Below are positions 40,573 through 50,684 of a DNA stretch of 64,000 nt, piece after piece (position 1 is the stretch's first letter; every line of letters starts with the position of its first letter). The stretch spans positions 1-64,000 of IMG/VR virus record IMGVR_UViG_3300027573_000779, one strand, 5' to 3'. Below the pieces are notes generated by a model. The model made no database searches. It saw only the letters and a program-made list of their open reading frames with translations, and had not been told where the DNA came from. The translations under genes and the position numbers were made by a program.

Positions 40573-43500
40573 ATGACAAAAACTTTAACTCAGGACGCTA
40601 CCTCTATTAATTTTGAACAGGAAATTTCAAACTATATTTTTGTTAGTCGTTACAGTAGATTTAATGAAAAGTTAGGGAGAAGAGAAACATGGGATGAGGC
40701 AGTTAGTAGGTTGGAAACCATGCACTTAAAGAAATTTAATTATCTTTCAAAGGAGGATAAGGATGAAATTAAGTGGGCGTTTGATATGGTTAGAGCAAAA
40801 CGGGTCGTTCCTTCGATGCGAAGTTTACAGTTCGGAGGCAAAGCAATTGAAGCTCATCAAGCTAGAATTTTCAACTGTAGTGTTCGGCATGTAGATTCTA
40901 TTCGTTCTTTTGCTGAGATAATGTATCTTTTGCTTTGTGGATGCGGGGTAGGTATTGGAGTAAGCAGGTTTTTTCTTCGTCGCTTGCCTGATTTGGTAGA
41001 TGCTAAAGATAAAACTGGAACAGTTGTCACTTATAGTATTGAGGATAGTATGGAGGGGTGGGCTGATTCAGTTGAAGCTCTTTTGATGTGTTATTTTAAG
41101 AATACTCCCTATACAGGTAGGAAGATTTGTTTTGATTATTCTAAAATTAGAAAAAAAGGAACGCCTCTTAAGACTGGAGGAGGTAAAGCTCCGGGTTACA
41201 AAGGCTTAAAAAACACTCATCTGAAAATTAAAGCTCTTCTTGACCATATTATTGAAAATAAAAAACAACTTCGACTTAAATCTATTGATGCTTATGATAT
41301 TTTAATGCATTGTGCCGACGCCGTTCTTTCAGGGGGAATTAGACGCTCAGCTACTTCGGTTATTTTTGATGAAGACGACGAAGATATGATGAATGCTAAA
41401 ACCTCATTTAAAGTAACTAAAAAAAGTGGGTTTGAAGAAGATGGGACCTCTGTTGTTGGTGGAAAGACCTATCAGTTATACAACGGCAAAGTTACTGTTG
41501 ATGGCCTAACCTATTATGTCACTTTGAAAGAATATGAATACGAACAGCTTAAGAAAAGCGGAACAATTAGCTGGATGCATATTCAACCCCAAAGAGCAAG
41601 GTCTAACAATAGCATTTTACTTCTAAGGGATAAAATAACGTATGAGAAGTTCAATGAGATGGTACAAAGAACCCGTCAATGGGGAGAACCGGGATTTGTA
41701 TTTGCTAATCATCCTTGGACCCTACTGAACCCCTGTTTTGAGATAGGGTTTATTCCTATTACCGACGATGGAGTTTGCGGCACCCAGTTTTGTAACCTCA
41801 CTTCTATCAACGGGAAAAAGATTACCTCTTTTCAAGACTTTAAAGAATGTGGCAAGGCAGCTTCATTAATAGGAACACTCCAAGCGGCTTATACTTACTT
41901 CTCTTATCTTTCACAAGCAGCACAGGAAGTAAGCGAGCAAGAAAGTTTATTGGGCGTAAGCCTAACAGGATGGATGGATTCTCCGTCCGTTCTCTTAAAT
42001 GAGGAAAATCAAAGAAAGGTAAGTTCTCTCGTGGTAGAAACAAACAGGATTTGGGCTAAGAAAATTGGCGTAAATCAGGCAGCAAGAACAACATGCGTAA
42101 AACCCGAGGGTTGCGTTTCAGCCGATACTTTAATTTTATCTAATGAAGGTATTTTATATTTAGATGAGGTTGGGGATATTAATGGTAAAGAATGGCAAAA
42201 TCATCAAATAAATATTAGTTCTGCGTTAGATATTAAAGCATCAGATAAATTTTTTGTTAATGGACGCAAAAACGTATTAAAAATTAAATTTAACAGTGGA
42301 TTTGAATTTACTGGAACCCTCAATCATAAAGTTCAAGTTGTCAATAGTCACGGAATAGAATGGAAACAGCTTGATAATTTACAAAAAGGGGATGCTGTTG
42401 TTTACAGAATTGGTGGATACGATAGTGCTTTTGGGTCTTATCAAAAGCTCAAGAAGCCCTCATTTGTATTACATAAAAACTCTCATAACACACAAGAAAT
42501 AATATGCCCCCCTATCTTAGACGAAGAACTTGCTTGGTTCCTCGGTCTTTATTTAGGAGACGGTTCGAATCACGAGAAAGGGATACGTATTTCAGGCAAC
42601 CGAAAAGATGTGTCAGATTTAGATAAAGCGAATAAGATAGTTAATAAATATTTTGGCATATCTTTTACTACTAGTAATTATCAAAAAGATGAATTAGATA
42701 ATAGAATTCAATATTATTTCAATTCAATACAATTGCTTAAGTTTTTGGAAGAGAATGGCCTTTTGAAACCTAAATCTCAAGACATTGAAATCCCTAAGAT
42801 TGTTCGTCAGTCTCCTAAATCTGTAATTGAATTTTATTTAGATGGGTATGCAGCAGCAGATGGATGTGATGAGAGTCGAACTAGGAGTTACCATACTGTT
42901 TCTGAGAAGATGGCAAAGCAACTACCAATAGTTTTAAGAGCTATAGGAAAAGATTGTAAAGTTCGCAAATATAAGCCTTCCAAAGGGTCGTTCGGCACAA
43001 ATGAAAAATATTGGATACAAGAACGAAAGAGCTTAAATGGTAATATAAACAGGAATAGCCGTTTAGATAAAAAAATATACAATATATTAAAGGCAAGCGG
43101 CTACAGTAGCCATTTATATGATGTGGTTGACAATGTTGTTTATGGGGCGAATGAGCCAACCTATGATATTTCGGTTCCAGACGAACATGCCTATATTGCT
43201 AATAGCTTTGTTTCCCACAACACATCATCTTTAGTCCTAGGCACTGCCTCAGGCATTCACCCACATCATTCTAGAAGATATTTCAGAAGAGTTCAATGTA
43301 ACACAGAAGACAATGTGTATAGACACTTTAAAAAGACCAATCCCAAACTTTGTGAGCCTTCAGTATGGTCCGCCAATAAAACAGACGATGTAATTACTTT
43401 TCCAGTCACGGTTTCTGATGAAGCAATGGTTAAAAGTGACCTTTCTGCTATTGAACATTTGGAAATTATCAAATCTGTTCAAAAAAATTGGGTAATTAAC

Positions 43501-43827
43501 GGAACAACCGAAGCAAACAAGAAGGATTTGACTCATAATGTCTCATGCACCGTTATCGTTAAAGATGACGAGTGGGACAAGGTAATCGATTATCTTTATC
43601 TAAACAGAGAGTATTTTGCTGCCGTTTCTCTTTTGCCAGAAACTGGAGATAAAGACTTTCCTCAAGCTCCAATGGAGGCCGTTATAACTCCAGAAGATGA
43701 AGAACATTGGGAGGAAATTATTAGTAATTTTAAGTCCGTAGATTATACCAAACTTAAAGAAGAAGAAGATAATACTGCCCTTTCCCAAGAAGGCTCTTGT
43801 TATGGTGGAGCCTGTCAAATAATATAG
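40573..43827 (+). CDS. nrdJ: Class II (B12-dependent) ribonucleotide reductase containing an intein
   Basis: RSLQFGG, FNCS, NPCFEI, FCNL, TTCVKPEG|T, C-terminal CYGGAC. Confidence 0.9.
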   Translation: MTKTLTQDATSINFEQEISNYIFVSRYSRFNEKLGRRETWDEAVSRLETMHLKKFNYLSKEDKDEIKWAFDMVRAKRVVPSMRSLQFGGKAIEAHQARIFNCSVRHVDSIRSFAEIMYLLLCGCGVGIGVSRFFLRRLPDLVDAKDKTGTVVTYSIEDSMEGWADSVEALLMCYFKNTPYTGRKICFDYSKIRKKGTPLKTGGGKAPGYKGLKNTHLKIKALLDHIIENKKQLRLKSIDAYDILMHCADAVLSGGIRRSATSVIFDEDDEDMMNAKTSFKVTKKSGFEEDGTSVVGGKTYQLYNGKVTVDGLTYYVTLKEYEYEQLKKSGTISWMHIQPQRARSNNSILLLRDKITYEKFNEMVQRTRQWGEPGFVFANHPWTLLNPCFEIGFIPITDDGVCGTQFCNLTSINGKKITSFQDFKECGKAASLIGTLQAAYTYFSYLSQAAQEVSEQESLLGVSLTGWMDSPSVLLNEENQRKVSSLVVETNRIWAKKIGVNQAARTTCVKPEGCVSADTLILSNEGILYLDEVGDINGKEWQNHQINISSALDIKASDKFFVNGRKNVLKIKFNSGFEFTGTLNHKVQVVNSHGIEWKQLDNLQKGDAVVYRIGGYDSAFGSYQKLKKPSFVLHKNSHNTQEIICPPILDEELAWFLGLYLGDGSNHEKGIRISGNRKDVSDLDKANKIVNKYFGISFTTSNYQKDELDNRIQYYFNSIQLLKFLEENGLLKPKSQDIEIPKIVRQSPKSVIEFYLDGYAAADGCDESRTRSYHTVSEKMAKQLPIVLRAIGKDCKVRKYKPSKGSFGTNEKYWIQERKSLNGNINRNSRLDKKIYNILKASGYSSHLYDVVDNVVYGANEPTYDISVPDEHAYIANSFVSHNTSSLVLGTASGIHPHHSRRYFRRVQCNTEDNVYRHFKKTNPKLCEPSVWSANKTDDVITFPVTVSDEAMVKSDLSAIEHLEIIKSVQKNWVINGTTEANKKDLTHNVSCTVIVKDDEWDKVIDYLYLNREYFAAVSLLPETGDKDFPQAPMEAVITPEDEEHWEEIISNFKSVDYTKLKEEEDNTALSQEGSCYGGACQII
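42112..43221 (+). mobile_element. 370-aa intein with LAGLIDADG homing endonuclease
   Basis: Starts CVSADT after KPEG, ends VSHN before Thr; LAWFLGLYLGDGS and FYLDGYAAADG. Confidence 0.95.
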
Positions 43828-43846
43828 GTCTTTTTTAGGCTCTTTT

Positions 43847-43852
43847 GTGTAA
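43847..43852 (+). promoter_or_regulatory. GTGTAA motif (putative late promoter)
   Basis: GTGTAAATACATAAG intergenic, upstream of the membrane gene pair. Confidence 0.4.
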
Positions 43853-43937
43853 ATACATAAGAGCCATGTTAACTATAGAAAGACTTTAATTTTAAAGCTA
43901 TCGTGCAACTTTCGAGGTTGGCGGTAGCTTATTTTTT

Positions 43938-44312
43938 ATGGACGAAAAAATACAACTAGAATTTGAAAACAGAATAGGACAATTGGAAAGTCTTCAGAGT
44001 CAGACACTTAGGATTGTCCAAAAGATTGAGAGGCGTCTAATTGGGGATATTGAAGATGATAAGCCGGGGCTGGTAGATGATTTTAGAGCGGTTCGCAAAA
44101 TTGTTGAGACCTTTGATGGTAAAATGATTCGTCTTGAACAACTTAACTTAGAAGAGAGAATTATCAGCGTTGAATCTTCGGTTACTGATTTAACAAGGGC
44201 TTTTCAAGACGTTAATAAATGGAAATGGGCTATTTGGGGCGGAATTATTGTTTTTGTCTTCTTTGTTGATAAAATTTGGGAAATTGTAAAAGAGTGGTTT
44301 AAAACACCTTAA
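43938..44312 (+). CDS. Coiled-coil protein with C-terminal TM (holin/XhlA-like architecture)
   Basis: Heptad helix followed by WKWAIWGGIIVFVFFV. Confidence 0.55.
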   Translation: MDEKIQLEFENRIGQLESLQSQTLRIVQKIERRLIGDIEDDKPGLVDDFRAVRKIVETFDGKMIRLEQLNLEERIISVESSVTDLTRAFQDVNKWKWAIWGGIIVFVFFVDKIWEIVKEWFKTP

Positions 44313-44315
44313 AAT

Positions 44316-44987
44316 ATGAAAAAAGTTATATTATTGTTTTTAGTTTTTGTAAGTTTGTTTATTGTTTCGTGCAGTTCTTCTATGCGAATTAAGGGAGGTA
44401 AACTGAACTATACTGGCGCAACCGGCACTGTCGCCAATCAAATCCAATCAGAAGACCCAAAAGACAAGACAAGTTTCTCCAGTGAGTCAGAAAAAATCAT
44501 AGAAATGATTATCCCTGCTGGCTCCATTATAGAAGTGCCATCTTTGGTGGGGACTACCAACACACAAAAGATTACTATTATTACCAACATTCCTTTCAAA
44601 GCCACTATTAAAGATAAAGTTAACAGTAGTGCGGGAGGCTCCCAAAAAAACGTACTTGGGGAGACTATCGCGAAGCTGAAAAGCATGAAATGGATAAGTA
44701 TAGTCGGAATGTTTTTGATGCTGTTCGGTGGAGCCTCTATGTTCTGGCCCCCATTGAGAGCGGTTATCGGGAGTTATACGACATCTTTAGTAATAGTGGC
44801 TGGTGGCGTTCTATTATTAATTCTACCAGTAATAGTAGTGGGGAATGAGACTCTTATACTAGCCGTTGTGCTTGGTGCAGTTGGTATTTATTTTCTAGCT
44901 TACCGTTATGGCGGAACCAGCAAAGAAACAAAAATTTGGCGCGACCTCAACAAAAACAATATTGTTGATGAAGGGGAAACAAAGTAG
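44316..44987 (+). CDS. Lipoprotein with three C-terminal TM helices
   Basis: Lipobox IVSC; three hydrophobic segments near the C-terminus. Confidence 0.6.
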   Translation: MKKVILLFLVFVSLFIVSCSSSMRIKGGKLNYTGATGTVANQIQSEDPKDKTSFSSESEKIIEMIIPAGSIIEVPSLVGTTNTQKITIITNIPFKATIKDKVNSSAGGSQKNVLGETIAKLKSMKWISIVGMFLMLFGGASMFWPPLRAVIGSYTTSLVIVAGGVLLLILPVIVVGNETLILAVVLGAVGIYFLAYRYGGTSKETKIWRDLNKNNIVDEGETK

Positions 44988-45004
44988 AAAAATTCCCTCT
45001 CTGA

Positions 45005-45010
45005 GTGTAA
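45005..45010 (+). promoter_or_regulatory. GTGTAA motif upstream of the glycosylation cluster
   Basis: GTGTAATATATAG. Confidence 0.4.
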
Positions 45011-45187
45011 TATATAGTGAGTGTTAAATCAATTAAAGAAGTAGGTCAATAACAACACCGAAAAAGTCCCTCGCCAGATTTAACACATCGATGGTCATAC
45101 TTACGATGATGACCTTTCCCAAATAAACATTAATGGCGAGGCATTTTTATTGGAAATTTCAGTGCTTAAAATTATGATATCCAATAG

Positions 45188-45556
45188 ATGATAGATACTA
45201 GTGCCAAGCCCGAAATAGTTAAAAAAGGTTGGGGCGAAGAAGTAATCATTGTTAATAATGATGAATACTGCGGAAAAATTCTAAAAATAAATGCGGGGCA
45301 CGAATTTTCGTTTCATTTCCATAAACTAAAACTAGAAACTTTTTATGTGCTTAAAGGAATTGCTGCTTTAAAATATCTAGATTTAGCTACCGGAGAAGAG
45401 CTTCAGGCAACTCTACAAAAGGGAGACATTGTTCATATCCCAAGATGCGAACCTCATCAAATTAGTGCCGACTTTGATACCGAAATCATCGAATTTTCAA
45501 CCCATCATGAAGATTCAGACAGCTACAGAATCGCAAAGGGTGACTCCCAAAGGTAG
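45188..45556 (+). CDS. Cupin (sugar isomerase-like)
   Basis: KGWGEE, FHFHKLKLETFYV, PHQ. Confidence 0.85.
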   Translation: MIDTSAKPEIVKKGWGEEVIIVNNDEYCGKILKINAGHEFSFHFHKLKLETFYVLKGIAALKYLDLATGEELQATLQKGDIVHIPRCEPHQISADFDTEIIEFSTHHEDSDSYRIAKGDSQR

Positions 45557-45559
45557 ACT

Positions 45560-46435
45560 ATGATTATTGCAACTTGCGGGGGTATTGGGGACCAAATACT
45601 AGCCTTTCAAGCGGCTAATAGGTTTTGTGCTGAAGGCGGTAATTGTAAGCCTATTATTTACTCATTCTCCAGAAAGGAAGTTTTTGAAGTTTTGTTTACT
45701 TTGTTTGGAAATTATTTCCAGATAAAACATATAGATGATGAAGCTGAACATAAGTTATTAAACGACGAAACTTATAGGAACAAGGTTTTCAAAGACAATG
45801 AATTTGGTTTGGTTTGGCCTGACCTTTTGTGGTCGCACCCATTATCTCTAAAACTTTATGATAGTCACATACAGATAGTTAAACAAATAAGGCTTTTAAC
45901 TAAACATTTAATTCCTGAAAATATTATCTATTTTGGTTTAAATACAACTACTAATGGATATCTTTATAATAATATTGGACAGTTACTTTTAAATACTGCT
46001 AGATTGTTACCAAACCATACAGTTTATTTTCCCAAAATTGATAAATGGAACGCAACGCCCATTAACATAGATTTAGAGTTTGACTTTCCTAAAAACGTCC
46101 ATATTGATACCAATCCAACCTTCCTTAAGAGTCTTGATTATTTAAAGAGAAGCTGTTATGGGGTTTTTGCCGACAATGGCCCTTCTCATATTGCCTATCA
46201 ATTAGGACTGCCCAGACTGGTTTTGGATTCTAGGTTTGGTTTTAATGGGCTTCCATGGGCCGCTCGTTGGAGACAAGACCTTACAGAATCAATTCCTATT
46301 TCTTCCAGTCCTTCAGAAATTGCTAGACTTATTAAAACCAACATTGAAGTCCCCCAAACCTGTCTAATTCCTAGACATACAGTTTTAGTTAATCAAGACG
46401 TAGATTGGAAACAAGTTCTTATAATCAAATACTAG
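45560..46435 (+). CDS. GT9-like glycosyltransferase
   Basis: GGIGDQI, ADNGPSHIA. Confidence 0.7.
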   Translation: MIIATCGGIGDQILAFQAANRFCAEGGNCKPIIYSFSRKEVFEVLFTLFGNYFQIKHIDDEAEHKLLNDETYRNKVFKDNEFGLVWPDLLWSHPLSLKLYDSHIQIVKQIRLLTKHLIPENIIYFGLNTTTNGYLYNNIGQLLLNTARLLPNHTVYFPKIDKWNATPINIDLEFDFPKNVHIDTNPTFLKSLDYLKRSCYGVFADNGPSHIAYQLGLPRLVLDSRFGFNGLPWAARWRQDLTESIPISSSPSEIARLIKTNIEVPQTCLIPRHTVLVNQDVDWKQVLIIKY

Positions 46436-46436
46436 T

Positions 46437-47351
46437 ATGAAAGTTTTAGTTTTAGGTGGATGCGGTTACGTAGGGTCGGCACTTTGTCCTTATTTAAAAA
46501 CTAACGGAATTGAAGTATTTTCTGTTGATTTAGAATGGTTTGGCAATCCAGCGAACATTCCTAATAGAATTTTGGATATGTCTGATATATTGGATATTTC
46601 TCATATAATGCCTTTAGATTATGATGCAATTGTTTTGCTGGCTGGCCATTCAAGCGTCAAAATGTGTTTAAATAATCTTCTTCCAACTTTTAAAAACAAC
46701 GTTCAGAACTTTGTTGAATTGCTTGGCAAGGTTAAAAAGGGCACAAAATTCATTTATGCCAGTAGTTCCAGCGTCTATGGCAAAGTTAATCGTAGTATAA
46801 TGGACGAAAACTGTATTGAGTATGTTTGTAGTAACTATTATGATTTCTCAAAGTTTGAAATCGATAGTTATATGAAAATGAATCAAGACGTTGAGTATTA
46901 TGGTCTTAGGTTTGGAACCATAAATGGCTTTTCTCATAATTTCAGAAACGACATTATGTTGAATTCAATGTATGCGACCGCAATGTCAGACAAAGAAATC
47001 AGAGTTAATAATTTACAAGTAAGAAGACCAATACTTGGAATGTATGATTTATGCAAAGCTATTCTAACTATTCTTAAAAAAGGTTCGTTTGAAAAGCGCG
47101 GAATTTACAATTTAGCTTCATTTAATGGAAGCGTCGATGCTATTTCTCAAAGAGCCGCTAAAATATTAGAGGTTCCAGTTCGTTATATGACCGATACAGA
47201 TGCCTATGATTTTGCCATTTCAACCGGAAAATTTGAAAACACTTTTAAATTTAATTTTGTAGAAACTGTTGATAGTATTTTGTTTAGTATTACAGAAAAC
47301 AAAGATAATTTAGTAATGTCAAATCGTAACCAGCCTAAGTTTTATGATTAA
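46437..47351 (+). CDS. NAD-dependent epimerase/dehydratase (extended SDR)
   Basis: GGCGYVG, ASSSSVYG, YDFSK, LRFGT. Confidence 0.9.
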   Translation: MKVLVLGGCGYVGSALCPYLKTNGIEVFSVDLEWFGNPANIPNRILDMSDILDISHIMPLDYDAIVLLAGHSSVKMCLNNLLPTFKNNVQNFVELLGKVKKGTKFIYASSSSVYGKVNRSIMDENCIEYVCSNYYDFSKFEIDSYMKMNQDVEYYGLRFGTINGFSHNFRNDIMLNSMYATAMSDKEIRVNNLQVRRPILGMYDLCKAILTILKKGSFEKRGIYNLASFNGSVDAISQRAAKILEVPVRYMTDTDAYDFAISTGKFENTFKFNFVETVDSILFSITENKDNLVMSNRNQPKFYD

Positions 47352-48132
47352 AATTGGAGTTACCGCAATTGGTTATAATTGCAACGAACATTTAGCGGCT
47401 GTTCTAAAACCTTGGATGGAACTAAAAGAAGCCTGTCTTTTTGGTAATTTAATTAAGTCTGTTCATATAGCATTTACTCATGGATGCTTTACTGAAACTG
47501 CGCAACTGGGCTATCCAATAATATCCACAGATGGGACTATAGAATACTTAAAAGCTCTTCATGAACTTGGTGATAGTGGAATTGATTTTTTAGACATTAA
47601 AGAAACTCCGCAGCTTGAATATGAGATGTGGACCAATAATTTACCTTATCTCTTTAGTAAAGACATTGATTTGTTGGTAATGCTTAACGCGGACGAACTA
47701 TGGGAGATTAATGAAATTATTAAAGCTGTAACCTACATTAAAGAAACAGAATTCATTGATTATTTTAAAGTTAATTTTAAAAACTATTGTATCGATTATA
47801 ATCATTATGTTTCAGACTTCATAGTCCCCCGTATTTGGTGGGCTAAAAAGAATGGAGGGATTAAAAGGTTTTATCGAGATGACCTGCTTGAATATAATAA
47901 CGGAAAAAGAGATGTGGAGGTTTCCCATAAGGTTATTTCCCCTAATATTATTTTCCCCAAACATTATTCTTGGGTAGGGTCAAAAGAATACCTTCAGCGC
48001 AAATTAGGATTTCAAAAGCTCCGTTATGGCAACTGTTCTTATGCTTGGGATGAAGTTAATGACAGGCTTATGCTGAATGAAGAGTTTTATAAAACTACCG
48101 GATTACCTAAACCAGAGATTTTAAGCGTATGA
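47344..48132 (+). CDS. GT-A-fold glycosyltransferase-like protein
   Basis: LNADELW DxD-like motif; cluster context. Confidence 0.55.
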   Translation: MIKIGVTAIGYNCNEHLAAVLKPWMELKEACLFGNLIKSVHIAFTHGCFTETAQLGYPIISTDGTIEYLKALHELGDSGIDFLDIKETPQLEYEMWTNNLPYLFSKDIDLLVMLNADELWEINEIIKAVTYIKETEFIDYFKVNFKNYCIDYNHYVSDFIVPRIWWAKKNGGIKRFYRDDLLEYNNGKRDVEVSHKVISPNIIFPKHYSWVGSKEYLQRKLGFQKLRYGNCSYAWDEVNDRLMLNEEFYKTTGLPKPEILSV

Positions 48133-49373
48133 GTTATACAACAATAACCAAGTGCCGACTTTGTAAATCAACATCTTTAGATAAAATGTTGGATTTTGGC
48201 GAAGTTCCATTGGCAAATGACTATCCAGAAAAGATAGATTCACCGGTTGAAGCCTATCCCCTTACAGTTTCAAAATGTAAAGGGTGTGGACACGTTCAAC
48301 TAAATGAAACAGTGTCGCCGGAAAGGTTGTTTTCTAATTATACTTATGCCAGTTCAGATTCACCAGCCCTAGTTAAGCATTTTACCGAATATGCAAACAC
48401 GGTAACAAGTAAATTTCGTTTGGGTGATTACTCTCAGATACTAGAATTGGGAATGAATGATGGTGTGCTGCTTGACCAATTTCAGAAGTTGGGACTACTA
48501 CAGCTATTTGGCGTTGACCCCGCTAAAAACATTTGCGAGCTAGCGCAAGAAAAATTAGGGTTTCCAACTAAGATTATAAACGATTTCTTTAATGAGGAAA
48601 CGGCTCTTAAGATGCGAAAACAACATGGGATGTTTGATATTATTTGTGCTAACAACGTCTTTGCTCATGTGGCTGATTTAGATAGTTTTACTAGCGGGGT
48701 GAAAATTTTATTGAGCAAAAATGGGACGTTTATATTTGAAAACGCTTATTTATTTGATACAATAAACAATCTTTATTTGGACCAATTTTATTCAGAACAC
48801 CTACAATATTATGGCATTCTTCCTCTTGTTCAATATTTAGATAAGTTTAAGTTAAAAATCTTTGATATCCAACACGTTAACACTCAAGGAGGTTCTTTTA
48901 GGATATTTGCTTCTCACAAGGACGATACACGAACAGAGCCTATAGTTCAACAATGGATAGACGAAGAGTTGCAGTTTGGTCTCTATAATGAGGACACTTA
49001 TAAAGATTTTAAATTTAGTTTAAATGACCTTCAAGAATCCATGAAAAATACTATGGATTGGATGAAGGAGAACAATTATACTGTTTCTTGTTATGGGTGC
49101 CCTGCAAAATTTGCACTTTTAAGTAAGTTTTTTAACTTTAATCGGGACAATATTCGGTATGTCGTTGACGATTCACCTTTAAAATATGGGAGGTTTTCTC
49201 AGGGTGCGAAAATTCCCATTGTTAATAACCAACATTTTAAAGCCAACCCAACTGATTATACTATCATTTCTACTTGGAATATGGCGGCATCGATTATGGA
49301 ACGAAACCCTAGTTACAACGGGACATGGATAGTTCCTTTACCTGAAATTAAATTTTATGGACCAAAATCCTAA
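48129..49373 (+). CDS. NDP-hexose C-methyltransferase
   Basis: CRLC...PLAN...CKGCGHVQL Zn domain, ELGMNDG, ANNVFAH, YSEH, YGCPAK, DDSPLK. Confidence 0.9.
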   Translation: MSYTTITKCRLCKSTSLDKMLDFGEVPLANDYPEKIDSPVEAYPLTVSKCKGCGHVQLNETVSPERLFSNYTYASSDSPALVKHFTEYANTVTSKFRLGDYSQILELGMNDGVLLDQFQKLGLLQLFGVDPAKNICELAQEKLGFPTKIINDFFNEETALKMRKQHGMFDIICANNVFAHVADLDSFTSGVKILLSKNGTFIFENAYLFDTINNLYLDQFYSEHLQYYGILPLVQYLDKFKLKIFDIQHVNTQGGSFRIFASHKDDTRTEPIVQQWIDEELQFGLYNEDTYKDFKFSLNDLQESMKNTMDWMKENNYTVSCYGCPAKFALLSKFFNFNRDNIRYVVDDSPLKYGRFSQGAKIPIVNNQHFKANPTDYTIISTWNMAASIMERNPSYNGTWIVPLPEIKFYGPKS

Positions 49374-50277
49374 TATAGCATTTTATATTTTAACTTATAA
49401 TAGACCAAACATTTTAAAGGTTTGTTTAGAAACTCTTTTTACCAATACCAATATTAAATATAACGAGGCTTGGCTAATAGACGATGGTTCGCAACCAGAC
49501 TTGAAGCACGGACTTTTAGATTTTAGTATCGCAAACTCAACCGCCTTTCCTATCAATACTCTTATCCATGGAAGAAATTATGGAATTGGTTTTGGGTTTG
49601 AAAGGATATACAACCTAATGCGTCAAAATGATGACTTGGACATTGGTTGCATTATCGAGTCTGATTACGTATGGCGTAAAAATTGGTTAGAAGACGTAGT
49701 GGCAGTTTTCGAAGCTTCACCTTTAACCGTTGCTATAGCAGGGGTATCACATCCAGATATGGTAGATAAAAATAAAACACACGGCACTTTCCCTGAAATA
49801 ATGAAAGAATGTTTTGGTGAAGATTTGACGGCTAGAGAACATCTTTATAAACCTTTTGATTTAAACACATCTGTTGGCTCCGTTAAAGTTCAAGGAGTAA
49901 GTAACTCTTGTGGTTGTCTGATGATTAATTGGAAGAGATTTAAAGAGGTAATAACTACAGTAGATTATCACTATAAATTTAATTATTGGAAAAGAATGGA
50001 CAGAGCTTTTAATAAAGGAATTGCTCATGATACAAGAGCTAATGCTAGCGACGGTCATATGAGTTCTAATATCACTTATTACGGAGAAAAGTATATACTT
50101 ATGCAGGGTGAAGACATTTCTAAACATTTTCCCATGTTGGATATTTGTGACTATAGTATAAGTCAACATATCTGTGGCGGAGGAGTTAATAGTGGACGTA
50201 TGTCAGAAGGAAACACTTTTATTTTGTCTCCAAACTGGAAAGATGAATATATACAAGTAAACCCAAGAAAAATTTAA
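49357..50277 (+). CDS. GT2-like glycosyltransferase
   Basis: ILTYNRP, LIDDGS, IESD. Confidence 0.8.
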   Translation: MDQNPNIAFYILTYNRPNILKVCLETLFTNTNIKYNEAWLIDDGSQPDLKHGLLDFSIANSTAFPINTLIHGRNYGIGFGFERIYNLMRQNDDLDIGCIIESDYVWRKNWLEDVVAVFEASPLTVAIAGVSHPDMVDKNKTHGTFPEIMKECFGEDLTAREHLYKPFDLNTSVGSVKVQGVSNSCGCLMINWKRFKEVITTVDYHYKFNYWKRMDRAFNKGIAHDTRANASDGHMSSNITYYGEKYILMQGEDISKHFPMLDICDYSISQHICGGGVNSGRMSEGNTFILSPNWKDEYIQVNPRKI

Positions 50278-50279
50278 AA

Positions 50280-50684
50280 ATGAACCCAATTCTTAATTTT
50301 GGTCCCGCATATCAAGACGATAGGGGAGTAATTCAAATGGTGGTTGAAGACACGAAGTTCTCTAGTGTATCGGTAATTATAAGTGTTGCTGGTTCAAGTA
50401 GGGCACGGCATTGGCACAAGCAGGATTCTCATATTTGTTTTGTTGTTAAGGGAGAGATTGAATATTACGAACGACCAGTAAACTTAAACATTAAACCAGA
50501 AAAACATATTATTAAAGCTGGCCAACTGTTTTATACTGGACCTTATGTAGAACATGAAATGGTTTTTACTCAGGATACCGAATTTTGGTGTTTTAGTAGT
50601 TTGAGTAGAAAAAACGCGGATTACGAACAAGATACTACTAGGTTTTCTTATTCGTTAAAAGAATTGTATGACAAATCTGTTTGA
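50280..50684 (+). CDS. Cupin (RmlC/WxcM-like sugar epimerase/isomerase)
   Basis: DDRG, RARHWHK, EH. Confidence 0.78.
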   Translation: MNPILNFGPAYQDDRGVIQMVVEDTKFSSVSVIISVAGSSRARHWHKQDSHICFVVKGEIEYYERPVNLNIKPEKHIIKAGQLFYTGPYVEHEMVFTQDTEFWCFSSLSRKNADYEQDTTRFSYSLKELYDKSV

